43,075 nt of DNA from Bdellovibrionales bacterium (GCA_037969075.1 JBBKWS010000120.1:1-43075); one strand, 5' to 3'; counted from the first letter of the stretch, positions 18,897-29,252 are shown. Notes: a model not told the origin generated them from the letters alone. Numbers and translations: made by a program.

Positions 18897-19082
18897 ATTT
18901 TAGGTTTTAAAAGATTATAGATTAAAAAGACAGGTAATTTTTACGTTCTATAGATATTGCCTGGCTATTGCATTGCATCGGGATAGCAAACTATAGCATT
19001 TACAGTCTATTAGTGTAATCTCTGAGCAGCATTGACCATTTGGCAGTGACAACCTTTTTTTAGAAAGTGTAGGACTTGATCC

Positions 19083-19796
19083 ATGGGACAGGTACCTGAT
19101 AGCAATAAAATTTTAATCATTGGCAATGGCAAGTTAGCAAGCCATTGGATGCATTATCACAACCTCTTAAATATTCCGTTTACACATTGGTTTCGTAAAT
19201 CAAAAAAAACTCTCAAGCCGGATATTTTTAGGACAGTTTATTTAGCCGTCACTGATTCAGCTATCCCTAACTTATTAATACAAAATCCTTGGCTACAAGA
19301 TTCAAACATCGTTCATTTTTCAGGAGCCAACTATTTTGATGGCACGTATGGTATACACCCGCTTATGACTTTTTCTGAGGATCTATATGACCTCGAAACA
19401 TATACATCTATTCCCCTTGCTATAGATTTTTCGCCAGCATCTTTTACTGAAAATTTTCAATATTTAAAGAACCCCTGTTGGCATATACCCCCAGAGAAGA
19501 AAGCTAAGTACCATGCACTTTGCGTAATGAGTGGCAACTTCCCACAAATATTATGGCAAAGTATTGAGCTTGAAATTAAAGCGTTAGGTTGCCCGGTTGA
19601 TGGATGGAAAAATTATATCATGCAATCTACGAAGAATTTCTTGCAAGACTCTAATAGTTTGACGGGTCCAATTGCTCGCAAGGACCTCTCTACAATTAAA
19701 AAAAATATCTCTGCATTGAATGGGTCCCTCTTACAAAAAATTTATACAGAATTCTGCAAGCTTAAACTAATTGAGGTAGAAAATGAAAATCACTGA
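19083..19796 (+). CDS. panG: Rossmann-like/DUF2520 protein, probable PanG-type ketopantoate reductase
   Basis: IIGNGKLA, LAVTDSAI, HFSGA, HPLMTF, YHALCV, LTGPIARKD; first gene of a pan operon that lacks panE. Confidence 0.8.
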   Translation: MGQVPDSNKILIIGNGKLASHWMHYHNLLNIPFTHWFRKSKKTLKPDIFRTVYLAVTDSAIPNLLIQNPWLQDSNIVHFSGANYFDGTYGIHPLMTFSEDLYDLETYTSIPLAIDFSPASFTENFQYLKNPCWHIPPEKKAKYHALCVMSGNFPQILWQSIELEIKALGCPVDGWKNYIMQSTKNFLQDSNSLTGPIARKDLSTIKKNISALNGSLLQKIYTEFCKLKLIEVENENH

Positions 19797-20571
19797 TTTT
19801 TTAAAATACAAAGAAACAAAAAAACAAATTTCAATGATGACGGTTTATGACACTAGTTTTGCTAGAATATTAGAAGCCACTGACATTGACGTTGTTTTAG
19901 TGGGAGATAGCCTTGCAATGACTATGCACGGATATGAATCAACCATCCCCGCAACAATGGAGATGATGGCCCTACACACTTCTGCCGTGGCAAAAGCCAT
20001 TAAAAATAAATTCATAGTCGCTGACCTCCCATTTATGTCTTTCAGAAAAGGCTTCGATACTTTAATGACGAATGCAGATATTTTGATGAGAGCTGGAGCT
20101 CATGCCGTAAAATTAGAGGGTGCTACTGGAAACCTAGAAAATATATCCCACCTAGTTAATTCAGGAGTGCCTGTCATGGGACACTTAGGTTTAACACCGC
20201 AGTTTATAAACTTATTTGGTGGCTGGAAAGTACAGGGGAAAACTGATGATGCAAAAGATCAAATCCTTAAAGAAGCCTTTGCATTACAGAGCGCGGGTTG
20301 TTTTAGCTTAGTGCTTGAGTGTGTACCTGAGGCCCTGGCAACTACTATATCTAAAGAGCTAAAAATTCCATGTATCGGGATCGGTGCAGGCTCTAATGTG
20401 GACGGGCAAGTTCTTGTCTTACAAGATCTATTAGGAATGAATCCAAGCTTTAAACCTAAGTTTGTAAGATCTTATCTGAATGGCTTTGATCTTATTAAAA
20501 ATGCAGTTAATAGCTATGTTGCCGATGTGAACACAAAAGAATTTCCCAATAAGGATGAGTCGTATTTATGA
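19783..20571 (+). CDS. panB: 3-methyl-2-oxobutanoate hydroxymethyltransferase
   Basis: LVGDSL, DLPFMS, VKLEG, HLGLTPQ, LECVP, IGIGAG, DGQVLV. Confidence 0.98.
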   Translation: MKITDFLKYKETKKQISMMTVYDTSFARILEATDIDVVLVGDSLAMTMHGYESTIPATMEMMALHTSAVAKAIKNKFIVADLPFMSFRKGFDTLMTNADILMRAGAHAVKLEGATGNLENISHLVNSGVPVMGHLGLTPQFINLFGGWKVQGKTDDAKDQILKEAFALQSAGCFSLVLECVPEALATTISKELKIPCIGIGAGSNVDGQVLVLQDLLGMNPSFKPKFVRSYLNGFDLIKNAVNSYVADVNTKEFPNKDESYL

Positions 20572-21329
20572 AAATATTTAAGTCGTTAAGCCAATTTAAA
20601 GATTGGCGAGCAACATACACGGGTAAAATAGGACTAGTACCTACCATGGGAGCTTTGCATGAGGGACACCTGACATTAGTGCATGAAGCAAAAAAGACTT
20701 GTGATTATGTTATCGTTAGTATTTTTGTAAATCCAACTCAGTTCAACAACCCAAATGATTTAAAAAAATACCCAAGAACACTTGAAACTGATTCTGTATT
20801 ACTAAAAAGTGTAGGCACAGATGCCGTCATACTACCTACCTATGAAGACATTTACCCAGACGACTTTCGCTTCAAAGTAACCGAAACAACACTAAGCGCG
20901 CAGTATTGTGGAGCACATAGACCCGGTCATTTTGACGGAGTATTAACCATAGTTCTAAAGCTATTGAATATTACTAAGCCAACACAGGCTTTTTTTGGAG
21001 AAAAAGATTATCAGCAATATAAACTCATAGAGCAAATGACTGCCGCTCTTTTTTTAGATGTAAAAATCACTGGCGTAGCTACCGTTAGAGAAGCAGATGG
21101 ATTAGCGATGAGTTCTAGAAACTTATTACTATCTCCTAGTGACAGGGCGCGCGCTCCATTATTACATAAAATTATATCAAAAGCTAAAACCACTGACGAA
21201 GCAAAACAGCAACTCGCAAAAGAAGGCTTCGCTGTGGATTATGTAGACGATTTTGAAGGAAGAAGACTTGCAGCCGCTACAATCAGCGACGTTAGACTTA
21301 TTGACAACGTGGAGCTTAATTATGAGTAA
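20568..21329 (+). CDS. panC: Pantoate-beta-alanine ligase
   Basis: VPTMGALHEGH, SIFVNPTQF, RPGHFDGV, FGEKDYQQ, DGLAMSSRN, RLIDN. Confidence 0.98.
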   Translation: MKIFKSLSQFKDWRATYTGKIGLVPTMGALHEGHLTLVHEAKKTCDYVIVSIFVNPTQFNNPNDLKKYPRTLETDSVLLKSVGTDAVILPTYEDIYPDDFRFKVTETTLSAQYCGAHRPGHFDGVLTIVLKLLNITKPTQAFFGEKDYQQYKLIEQMTAALFLDVKITGVATVREADGLAMSSRNLLLSPSDRARAPLLHKIISKAKTTDEAKQQLAKEGFAVDYVDDFEGRRLAAATISDVRLIDNVELNYE

Positions 21330-21864
21330 AAAAGTATTATTTTTCTTAAGCGGATCCATTGCGGGCTTTAAAGCCTGCCAAGTAATATCTGATTTAAAAA
21401 AGAAGGACCTTGAGGTTCAGGTAGTAGCCTCAGCTTCAGCTCTTGAATTTATAGGAAAAGCAAGCCTAGAGGGACTTAGTGGTAAACCCGTGATCACTTC
21501 ATTATTTCAAGAAAGTCACATGATGGATCACATTCATTTGATGAGATGGGCTGAAACGCTTGTTGTTTGCCCAGCGACTGCAAATACAATCAATCAATTT
21601 GCAAGTGGAACTGGTGATTCAATTTTAACAACATTTTTCTTAGCTTATGACTTTAAAAAACCGTTCTTGGTCTTTCCCGCAATGAACACATCGATGTATG
21701 AACACCCTGTAACAGCAAAATCCATAACCAGCTTAAAAGAAATGGGGTTGAAAATTTTTGACACTAACGAAGGGAATCTAGCCTGCGGAGAAATTGGGGC
21801 TGGACGCATGCTTGAACCCAATGAAATTACGAAATTAATCTTTGAATCATTGGAGATAGGGTGA
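21322..21864 (+). CDS. coaC: Phosphopantothenoylcysteine decarboxylase (stand-alone CoaC)
   Basis: SGSIAGFKA, HIHL, PATANT, PAMNTSMYEHP, LACGEIGAGRM; ATG at 21322 overlaps the panC end. Confidence 0.92.
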   Translation: MSKKVLFFLSGSIAGFKACQVISDLKKKDLEVQVVASASALEFIGKASLEGLSGKPVITSLFQESHMMDHIHLMRWAETLVVCPATANTINQFASGTGDSILTTFFLAYDFKKPFLVFPAMNTSMYEHPVTAKSITSLKEMGLKIFDTNEGNLACGEIGAGRMLEPNEITKLIFESLEIG

Positions 21865-22514
21865 AAATTTTAATCACGCTTGGCGGCACTAAAGAGCCCA
21901 TTGATTCAGTTCGCTATATTGGCAACAGCAGTAGTGGGAAAACCGGAAGAATTATTGCCGATACATTTATAAAGAATAAATCCTCTGTCACATGTCTAAA
22001 AGCTAAAGGCATCACAGACATTGATGGTGCCACTAATATTGATTACTATACATTTGCAGACCTAGAATCAGTTTTAATCGAAGAAATAAGCATAAAACAT
22101 TACGATGCAGTCATTCACGCCGCAGCTGTCAGCGATTATAGAGTTAATAAAGTGATAAATGATTCTAGCGAAACAGCATCTGTAGGTGGAAAAATACGGT
22201 CAGGACAGCAGCTAAAATTAATCTTAGAACCAACACCAAAGCTTATTGATAAAATCAAAGGTGCCTCTAAAAATAAAGATTTAATACTTATAGGGTTTAA
22301 ATTAACCGAATCCGCTAGCATGCAAGAAAAAATGGACGCTGTTTTAAAAATATTTACTTCAGGCGCAAAAATTGTGGTGCAAAATGACTTAACAGAAATC
22401 TCTGATGAAAATCATATTTGCCAAATATTTATGAATCCCCAAGAAAAAGTAGTTACAAGTACAAAACAAGAATTGGCAGATAGACTTTATTACATGACCA
22501 AGGAACTCATATGA
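21861..22514 (+). CDS. coaB: Phosphopantothenate-cysteine ligase (stand-alone CoaB)
   Basis: [44 protein letters not shown] start with GTGA overlap and GGAGA SD. Confidence 0.9.
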   Translation: MKILITLGGTKEPIDSVRYIGNSSSGKTGRIIADTFIKNKSSVTCLKAKGITDIDGATNIDYYTFADLESVLIEEISIKHYDAVIHAAAVSDYRVNKVINDSSETASVGGKIRSGQQLKLILEPTPKLIDKIKGASKNKDLILIGFKLTESASMQEKMDAVLKIFTSGAKIVVQNDLTEISDENHICQIFMNPQEKVVTSTKQELADRLYYMTKELI

Positions 22515-23281
22515 TACTTTGTTTAGACGTAGGAAATAGCCAAATTTATGGCGGTGTATATTGCGACGATGAAATCAAACTTCGCTTTAGACATAACACC
22601 AATTACGCAACATCCTCGGATGAGATTGGCTTATTTTTAAAAACGGTTATCAAAGAAAACGATATTGACCCCACCGAAATAACTAATATTGCCATCTGCT
22701 CTGTGGTTCCGCAGGTCGTGTACTCTTTAACCAATGCTTGTAAAAAATATTTTAAAATTAATCCTTTTTTACTACAAGCCGGTGTTAAAACAGGGTTAAA
22801 AATTAACTATAGAAATCCTGTGGAAGTTGGCGCCGATAGAATAGCAAATTCAATTGCCGCGACTCAAATGTATCCCAATCAAAATTTAATTGTGGCTGAT
22901 TTTGGAACTGCAACCACACTGTGCGTGATCACAAAAAATAAAGACTACCTTGGCGGAGTTATTATTCCTGGAATTAGGATTTGCATGGAATCATTAGAAA
23001 TGAAAACAGCAAAACTCCCCTCTGTTGAGATTATTAAACCTAAAAGTATCGTGGGTAGATCTACGGTAGAAAGCATTCAATCGGGTTTGTACCACAGTCA
23101 TTTGTACGGTATTAGAGGTATGATTGAACAAATTAAAAAAGAACATTTTAAAAATGAAGAAGTAACTTTAATAGGTACAGGCGGATTTTCAAGACTTTTT
23201 GAAGACGACAATCTATTTCATAAAATTCACCCTGATTTAGTATTACAGGGTTTATTTTACGCACTTAAATCAAATATATAG
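22511..23281 (+). CDS. coaX: Type III pantothenate kinase
   Basis: [37 protein letters not shown]. Confidence 0.97.
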   Translation: MILCLDVGNSQIYGGVYCDDEIKLRFRHNTNYATSSDEIGLFLKTVIKENDIDPTEITNIAICSVVPQVVYSLTNACKKYFKINPFLLQAGVKTGLKINYRNPVEVGADRIANSIAATQMYPNQNLIVADFGTATTLCVITKNKDYLGGVIIPGIRICMESLEMKTAKLPSVEIIKPKSIVGRSTVESIQSGLYHSHLYGIRGMIEQIKKEHFKNEEVTLIGTGGFSRLFEDDNLFHKIHPDLVLQGLFYALKSNI

Positions 23282-23290
23282 AGGTATAAA

Positions 23291-23659
23291 ATGAGTTTAA
23301 TGTTTTTAAAATCAAAATTGCACAGAGCCACCGTAACTGATGCCGATTTAAACTACGAAGGATCTATTTCTATCGACCCAAGACTTTGCGAGGCAGCAAA
23401 ACTTAATAAATTCGAACGAGTTGAAATCTACAATTGCAACAACGGTGAACGATTTGCTACCTACGTTATTCACGGCAAAGAAAATGAAATTTGCCTTAAT
23501 GGGGCAGCTGCCAGGCTTGCGCAAAAGGGTGACCTAGTAATCATTTGCTCGTACACCTACTTAGAAGAAAAACAAGTAAATCACCACCAGGCCCGCATTG
23601 TTTTATTAGGACCTGGTAACGAAGTAAATGTGTGCAAAGACGATCCAGTGCTTGGCTAA
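23291..23659 (+). CDS. panD: Aspartate 1-decarboxylase
   Basis: KSKLHRATVT, YEG|SISID self-cleavage site, NGERFATY, LNGAAAR. Confidence 0.98.
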   Translation: MSLMFLKSKLHRATVTDADLNYEGSISIDPRLCEAAKLNKFERVEIYNCNNGERFATYVIHGKENEICLNGAAARLAQKGDLVIICSYTYLEEKQVNHHQARIVLLGPGNEVNVCKDDPVLG

Positions 23660-23665
23660 AAACTC

Positions 23666-25171
23666 TTACCGTATCCCCTGGTGCGCTTGATAAATATTAG
23701 AGACATGCCCCTTTAATTTTTTAATGTGGGTACTCCACTCGACTGCATAAACCGCAACAGGGGTGCTTAGACCGCCCTGTAGGACGATTTTATGTAGGTG
23801 CTTTCTAATTTCACTTAGTTCAATTGCCAACTGCATCGAAGTTTTTGCAGGCCTAGTGTCTCTTTCAAAAAAACCTTTATTTTGAAGCTCATCAAAAACT
23901 AGTTCGTAATAAAGCACTGTCTTTTCAAGATAATCTTTCATCTTTTGATGGTACTCTTCACTCTCCTTTAAAGTTTCTACGTGGGCTAGCATCTTAAATA
24001 GTGTAATGCAGCTGTCGGCCATACTCTCTAACTCACTAGATATTCTAAGGATTGCTCTAAGTTTTTCAGACGCATACGCCGACATCTGATAACACATTAA
24101 ACGTTCTGAGAAATGAATGATCTCGGATTGCATATTGTCGGTGATTTTTTCATATTTCTGCAACTTCTTCTCTACTGATATGTCATGCGCCTCGATTGAA
24201 AATGCTGATCTAACCTGCTCAAGCATGGTTAATACAAGAGCCGCTTTCTTTTTTGTCTCTAAAAATAATAGCTCTGCAAAATATGAAACATGATACATCC
24301 CAATTGGTTCAATCCAAAGTAATGCCTTGGCTTCTTTGTGATTTTTTTCTGAGATTAAAGCTTCAGCCAGTTTCTGATAGAGCGGATATAGGACTGTAGA
24401 AATTATAATTATTGAAAAAGCATACGCATATGAAATCCAGAGTTCAAAATTTATTATAAGGTACGAAATAGGCAAAAGTAAGGTCCATATAATAAACGCT
24501 GAGCACACAATCCGTTTCTGCTGCGAGTTACCAGATTTAGCTGAAAATATTCTATACATAAGTAGTGAGAATATAGAAACACCTAGAGACAGCAGTAAAA
24601 AAGACACCGGCACCTTTAAGAGAGCAAAAACGAAAGGCCAAAATATAAACGATGGAAAAACTAGCGGAAAGAGCAATAGCCAGTACATCTGATCTTCTAG
24701 AGGAAATAAATTTGCCGAAAAGAATCTAAGAACCAGAAAGAATAACAATGTAAGGAAAAAAGTTTTTATCCATGGACGCAACTTAGGAATCGGAAACAAA
24801 ATGGCAATCGGTAGAAAGTAGTAAAATGGCACTTGATCAAACAAATGATTAATCTGTGTCATAAATAAATTGATCAATAGCACAACAAACAATCCGCCAG
24901 TCCAAAGGGCAATAAAATCTTTCACCTTTAAATAGCCAGTATTTGTCATAATTAATAAATGTGATAAAAATGAATCAAAACTAACATGGGTGATTGAAAT
25001 CCACGCCCCCAAAAGAGTGTTCTTAATAGCGCTTTGGCCAATATAGTTTATATATTTATTCGCAGTTGAAAATACAACAGTCTGGTATTGTTTTTGTAGG
25101 ACATGATAAAAGAAATAGCCGCCCAACAAATAAATACTGTAATTAAAAATGTGTATCCAAAACTCTTTCAT
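23666..25171 (-). CDS. Na/Pi cotransporter-like membrane protein with a C-terminal PhoU-like helical domain (divergent)
   Basis: Multi-TM N-terminal region of about 265 aa; C-terminal helical region with YEKITDNMQSEI and ELESMAD resembling PhoU repeats. Confidence 0.6.
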   Translation of the reverse strand: MKEFWIHIFNYSIYLLGGYFFYHVLQKQYQTVVFSTANKYINYIGQSAIKNTLLGAWISITHVSFDSFLSHLLIMTNTGYLKVKDFIALWTGGLFVVLLINLFMTQINHLFDQVPFYYFLPIAILFPIPKLRPWIKTFFLTLLFFLVLRFFSANLFPLEDQMYWLLLFPLVFPSFIFWPFVFALLKVPVSFLLLSLGVSIFSLLMYRIFSAKSGNSQQKRIVCSAFIIWTLLLPISYLIINFELWISYAYAFSIIIISTVLYPLYQKLAEALISEKNHKEAKALLWIEPIGMYHVSYFAELLFLETKKKAALVLTMLEQVRSAFSIEAHDISVEKKLQKYEKITDNMQSEIIHFSERLMCYQMSAYASEKLRAILRISSELESMADSCITLFKMLAHVETLKESEEYHQKMKDYLEKTVLYYELVFDELQNKGFFERDTRPAKTSMQLAIELSEIRKHLHKIVLQGGLSTPVAVYAVEWSTHIKKLKGHVSNIYQAHQGIR

Positions 25172-25172
25172 T

Positions 25173-25886
25173 TTACTTCCTATATATATCGAATCTTATG
25201 GTCTTACTTACAATACTCTGATGTGGTCTATCAGATATAGGTTTTGCCTCTATCGCCCTTTTTACAACTACTTTTTGTAGTGCCGTTTCTAATGCTAGCA
25301 AAAATAGACCTTCGCTGTCCCCGGTCGTATCAGTTAAAAGCTGTAAGACCTGCATTTCTTTTTTAGTTTTAGCACTTTTTTCAATTTTAAACATTGGATC
25401 TAAGTAGATGGCATATGGTTTTTTATCTAATTCAGATAGTTTCTTCTCGGCAGAGCATTGCCACAGTTCTATGTTTTTAATCTCAGCCCTATCAATGGCA
25501 TCTTTTACCAATAAATAAACAAACCGATTCTTTTCTGTGGCAACTACGTTGTGCCCATGACTAGCCAAGCGGACGCTGTCTTCGGCAAATCCAAGTGTGG
25601 CATCAAAGATGTACTCTGTCTTAGGCACATCTTGGAACGCCTTTATGATTGGTTCGCTACTAGATTGCCTTAGCCTATAAGCAATACGACCGCGTAAAAA
25701 ATCTAGATGTAATTTGAGGTGGGGCTTCGTCAAATGAGACACAAAAGAGAGTCCGTCATCATGTACTAGAATATAAGTAGCACCCTCTGCCACTTGACGC
25801 TGTAGGGGCACGCGAAGATCGGCGGCAAGCTGCTCTCCTGCTGGTAAATATTCATCATTTAGAACTAAAACATGTGGTTCAAGCAA
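25173..25886 (-). CDS. rsmJ: RsmJ/YhiQ-like class I SAM-dependent methyltransferase
   Basis: DATLGFAEDS, IYLDPMF, KKEMQ, KVVVKR, RFDIY; start moved to TTG 25886 (AAGGA upstream) to avoid overlap with sufE. Confidence 0.85.
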   Translation of the reverse strand: MLEPHVLVLNDEYLPAGEQLAADLRVPLQRQVAEGATYILVHDDGLSFVSHLTKPHLKLHLDFLRGRIAYRLRQSSSEPIIKAFQDVPKTEYIFDATLGFAEDSVRLASHGHNVVATEKNRFVYLLVKDAIDRAEIKNIELWQCSAEKKLSELDKKPYAIYLDPMFKIEKSAKTKKEMQVLQLLTDTTGDSEGLFLLALETALQKVVVKRAIEAKPISDRPHQSIVSKTIRFDIYRK

Positions 25887-25940
25887 TTCGCTTTGTCCTT
25901 TTGTTAAAATTATTGTATAGCTTTTAGTAATTAGGTGTCT

Positions 25941-26372
25941 ATGACTATTGAACAAGCACAAGAACAAATTGTAAGCCAATTCCAAGCATTACACACTTGG
26001 GAGGATCGGTATAAGCAGATCATCTCTATGGGAAAGGAAATATCTTCTTTACCTGAAGAATATTACACGGATAAATTCAAAGTAAATGGCTGTCAATCTC
26101 AAGTGTGGTTACACGCCAAACTGCAAAATGGTAAAATCATCTTCCTTGGTGATAGCGACGCCATGATTGTAAAAGGCTTATTGGCTATTTTGCTAAAAAT
26201 ATTTTCAGATCGCACTCCACAAGAGATCATGCAAACCTCTCCTGAATTTATCACCCAAATCGGTCTAAACGTTCATCTAAGCCAAAGTAGATCCAACGGG
26301 GTAGCCGCAATGATCAAACAAATGAAGTTATATGCATTTGCCCTACATTCAATGCAGTCAAAGGAAAATTAG
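25941..26372 (+). CDS. sufE: SufE family cysteine desulfuration protein
   Basis: WEDRY, VNGCQSQVW, DSDAMIVKGL, LSQSRSNG. Confidence 0.95.
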   Translation: MTIEQAQEQIVSQFQALHTWEDRYKQIISMGKEISSLPEEYYTDKFKVNGCQSQVWLHAKLQNGKIIFLGDSDAMIVKGLLAILLKIFSDRTPQEIMQTSPEFITQIGLNVHLSQSRSNGVAAMIKQMKLYAFALHSMQSKEN

Positions 26373-26373
26373 T

Positions 26374-26940
26374 ATGAAGTATATTATCTCTGGTACCAAC
26401 AGACCTGGCTCTAACTCTTTAAAGATTTCACATATCATTAAATCTTTATACGAGTCCGCCAACGAACAGGTAGAGGTAATTAGCTTACAAGATTTTCCTT
26501 TAAAAGATTTAGACGGAAATCAATACAGCAAAAATAAACCCGCTTGGCTAGAAGAAGTAAATAAAAAAATTATTTCATCAGACGGACTTATTTTTGTAAT
26601 CCCAGAATACAATGGCTCTATGCCTGGGGTGTTAAAATTATTTATCGATCACTTTGAGTATCCAGGTGCTTTTGTACACAGACCGGTTTGCTTTATTGGC
26701 CTTGGCGGCATGTTTGCTGGCCTTAGACCTGTAGAGCATTGCCAGCAAGTTTTTGGCTATCGAAATGCTTTCATATATCCAGACCGCATATTCTTACCTA
26801 ACGTCTGGACCATACTTGAAAATGACAAGATTACTAATGTTGAAATTATGAAATTATTAGAAGATCAAGCTAAGGGCTTCAGTACTTTTGTACATGCACT
26901 TAAGACAAACGGCCTACATGCAAACGCAGACGTAAAATAA
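26374..26940 (+). CDS. NAD(P)H-dependent FMN reductase (flavodoxin-like fold)
   Basis: SGTNRPGSNS, PEYNGSMPGVLKLFID. Confidence 0.9.
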   Translation: MKYIISGTNRPGSNSLKISHIIKSLYESANEQVEVISLQDFPLKDLDGNQYSKNKPAWLEEVNKKIISSDGLIFVIPEYNGSMPGVLKLFIDHFEYPGAFVHRPVCFIGLGGMFAGLRPVEHCQQVFGYRNAFIYPDRIFLPNVWTILENDKITNVEIMKLLEDQAKGFSTFVHALKTNGLHANADVK

Positions 26941-26979
26941 TTGTAAGTATCCACTGATATTTGGTAAAATAAAGGCAGA

Positions 26980-28620
26980 ATGAACAACGCAGATCAGAAT
27001 CTCATCAATGAACTAACATCCCTACTTATTCGTCTAGTAAGCGAAACAAATGGTATCGCTTTATTTGATACACTAGAACTTGCTGAGGATGATGCAGCTA
27101 TCTCAGAAAAGCCACACTTATTAATACAAATTCAAAGCTTTAAGACACTACTGGGAAGCTTTCAAGACAACCAGGTGCAAATCCCAACCCTATTACAACA
27201 TCCTGTTGCAAGAGCTCTACATCAATTATTTAATCACTTTCCCCTTCCTTACAAAGAAGAGCACATTCACTTAACAGGATCATTAACGGCTGAATTTTTA
27301 TACCCTAAAATAAAAAAACTTTTAGAGGGAAAAGACAGTCGTATATATGAAAAAATCATATTAGCTAATTATGGTCCCGATGCTTTGCCAATAAAGAATG
27401 TTGAAGACGTCGACAACTTAATTCGTCTTAAAGATGGCGAGCTCTTTGATACGTATTTAAAAATTTTGCTACTAGCTAAACTAGTTCTTACCAGTCGCGA
27501 GTTACACCGTGAAGCTGCCTACGCAATGGCCAAAGATTTAAAAGAAAAATATAATGTTGGTTTCATTAGATTAAAGTTCACATTATCACGTGTGACTTCG
27601 ATGACTGAAGAGCAGATCCCCGGTTTAGATAATTTATCAGAAGAAGATGTGGTATTAGGCCTATACGACGGTTTTACTGATTACCAAAAAGAGTATCCTG
27701 ATTTTAAATTTATTCTATCGCCCAGTTTTCGTAAAGAGCCTGGATTTTTTGATAAAGACAACTTTCCCTCAAAACAAGATCATTTTTTAGCACAGGTTAA
27801 TAGCATTTTAAAAATACTTTCTAAGTATCCATTTTTAGAAAAAGTATTATGCGAAGTAGATACTGTTGGTAACGAACGTGATTTATACAGCAAAAGTCAT
27901 TTTAGTGAAATGAAGTATGGTTTTAGAAAACTGCAATACAAGGGTTTTCGTATCAGGTCTCACCACGGTGAAGTTTGGTACACACTAAGAAAAGGTGTAC
28001 AAGCTGTTGATAATGCCATGAATATTTGGCACATCGACACCTTAGAGCATGGTCTTAGCTTAGGTATTAATCCGAACTATTACTTTCATAGCTTGTACCA
28101 AAGAGTTTTAAAATGGAATCAAGACGGTAAGCCTGTGCCAGAGAAATCTTTGGAATTTTATGAAATTCAGGATATGGACTGGTCATTCTATCCAGAAATC
28201 AAAGACAAATTAATAAGTGGTATACCCATTTCTGAACCCGAAAGAGTTAAGTTTACTAAGGCTAAGTTTCATATGGCAAGAGAGGTCGAACACTACCAGC
28301 ATGATGTGCTGAACCGTATGATCCAAAAAGGCGTAAGCCTTACGGCCCTGCCATCATCAAACACAAAGCTTACACGATACTTTAAAGACTACAAAGATCA
28401 CCCATTTGATTGGTGGGAGAAAAAAGGGGTTAAGCTTGGCGTTGGTACCGACAACTATATCACTCTGAATACAAACTACATTCAAGAAATGTTGATTTTA
28501 TTATTTACAGATCCTGATAACTTAAAGATCACTAAGCTCTTGATGGTAACCACTGGCTATACCCACAGGCCGCATATTTCGCAGCTGCTGTGGACAATGA
28601 ATAAGCTCGTTTTTAAATAA
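26980..28620 (+). CDS. Adenosine/AMP deaminase-like amidohydrolase (546 aa)
   Basis: EEHIHLTGSL, RSHHGE, TLEHG, LPSSN, GTDN metal-binding and catalytic motifs of the ADA fold; extended -10 TGGTAAAAT at 26962-26970. Confidence 0.8.
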   Translation: MNNADQNLINELTSLLIRLVSETNGIALFDTLELAEDDAAISEKPHLLIQIQSFKTLLGSFQDNQVQIPTLLQHPVARALHQLFNHFPLPYKEEHIHLTGSLTAEFLYPKIKKLLEGKDSRIYEKIILANYGPDALPIKNVEDVDNLIRLKDGELFDTYLKILLLAKLVLTSRELHREAAYAMAKDLKEKYNVGFIRLKFTLSRVTSMTEEQIPGLDNLSEEDVVLGLYDGFTDYQKEYPDFKFILSPSFRKEPGFFDKDNFPSKQDHFLAQVNSILKILSKYPFLEKVLCEVDTVGNERDLYSKSHFSEMKYGFRKLQYKGFRIRSHHGEVWYTLRKGVQAVDNAMNIWHIDTLEHGLSLGINPNYYFHSLYQRVLKWNQDGKPVPEKSLEFYEIQDMDWSFYPEIKDKLISGIPISEPERVKFTKAKFHMAREVEHYQHDVLNRMIQKGVSLTALPSSNTKLTRYFKDYKDHPFDWWEKKGVKLGVGTDNYITLNTNYIQEMLILLFTDPDNLKITKLLMVTTGYTHRPHISQLLWTMNKLVFK

Positions 28621-28622
28621 TA

Positions 28623-29252
28623 CTACATGCCTATTTTTATTCGAAACCAATCGATAAATTCTGTGGCTCCCATTCCAAGACTTGCAAAAAATATTAATCC
28701 AGCAATAGCTATAATGTAGCTAACTAAGATAAGCACTCCATCATCTTCTAACAAACCTATCGCATTTAAAATCATAAAATACGCTGGGACTGAGTTTGAA
28801 AATGGGATAGGCAATGGAAGGGCTAATAAAAATGCAAAGAGCGCTAGTAAAAACGCGTTAAAGATTCTTACTGGCGGCAACTTAAACCAAAAATTAAATC
28901 TGGGTTTAATTAATTTTTCTGTTTTACTTAAAAGCTTTGCCAAAGCATCACAGCTACTTACGACCAAACTATGTTTAATGTGTTTTGTCATAAATTTACT
29001 AGGAAGCCATGGCGGTTTTTCAAAAGCCATAAATGCTGATAACAAAATAATTATTCCGCCAAACACTGTGGATAAACCCATCATTGGCAGTGGCTGAATA
29101 AACGGAAGACAAAAGAACAAAATCAAAAATGCATGGCTTCTTGATCCGAAGGCAGTGATTATGTCTATGACATATAAACCATCAGGATCTGATTTTTTTT
29201 TAACAGCGATGATAGCTTCTTTAAGTGAAAAATGTTCTTTGTTAATTGTCAT
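28623..29252 (-). CDS. exoD: ExoD family exopolysaccharide biosynthesis membrane protein
   Basis: LPFIQPLP, PWLP, LALPLPIPFSNSVP, GLLEDDG. Confidence 0.9.
   Translation of the reverse strand: MTINKEHFSLKEAIIAVKKKSDPDGLYVIDIITAFGSRSHAFLILFFCLPFIQPLPMMGLSTVFGGIIILLSAFMAFEKPPWLPSKFMTKHIKHSLVVSSCDALAKLLSKTEKLIKPRFNFWFKLPPVRIFNAFLLALFAFLLALPLPIPFSNSVPAYFMILNAIGLLEDDGVLILVSYIIAIAGLIFFASLGMGATEFIDWFRIKIGM

Noticed and set aside
18940..19082. pan RNA motif or attenuator upstream of the pan operon
   Set aside because: Only a weak nested pairing (CTATAG/GCTAT...ATAGC/CTATAG, 18948-18996) is visible; it cannot be supported without a covariance model search
26980..28620. RADAR (RdrB) or CRISPR-associated Cad1 antiviral deaminase
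   Set aside because: No adjacent RdrA-like ATPase, no CARF domain, no cas genes; the neighbourhood is housekeeping
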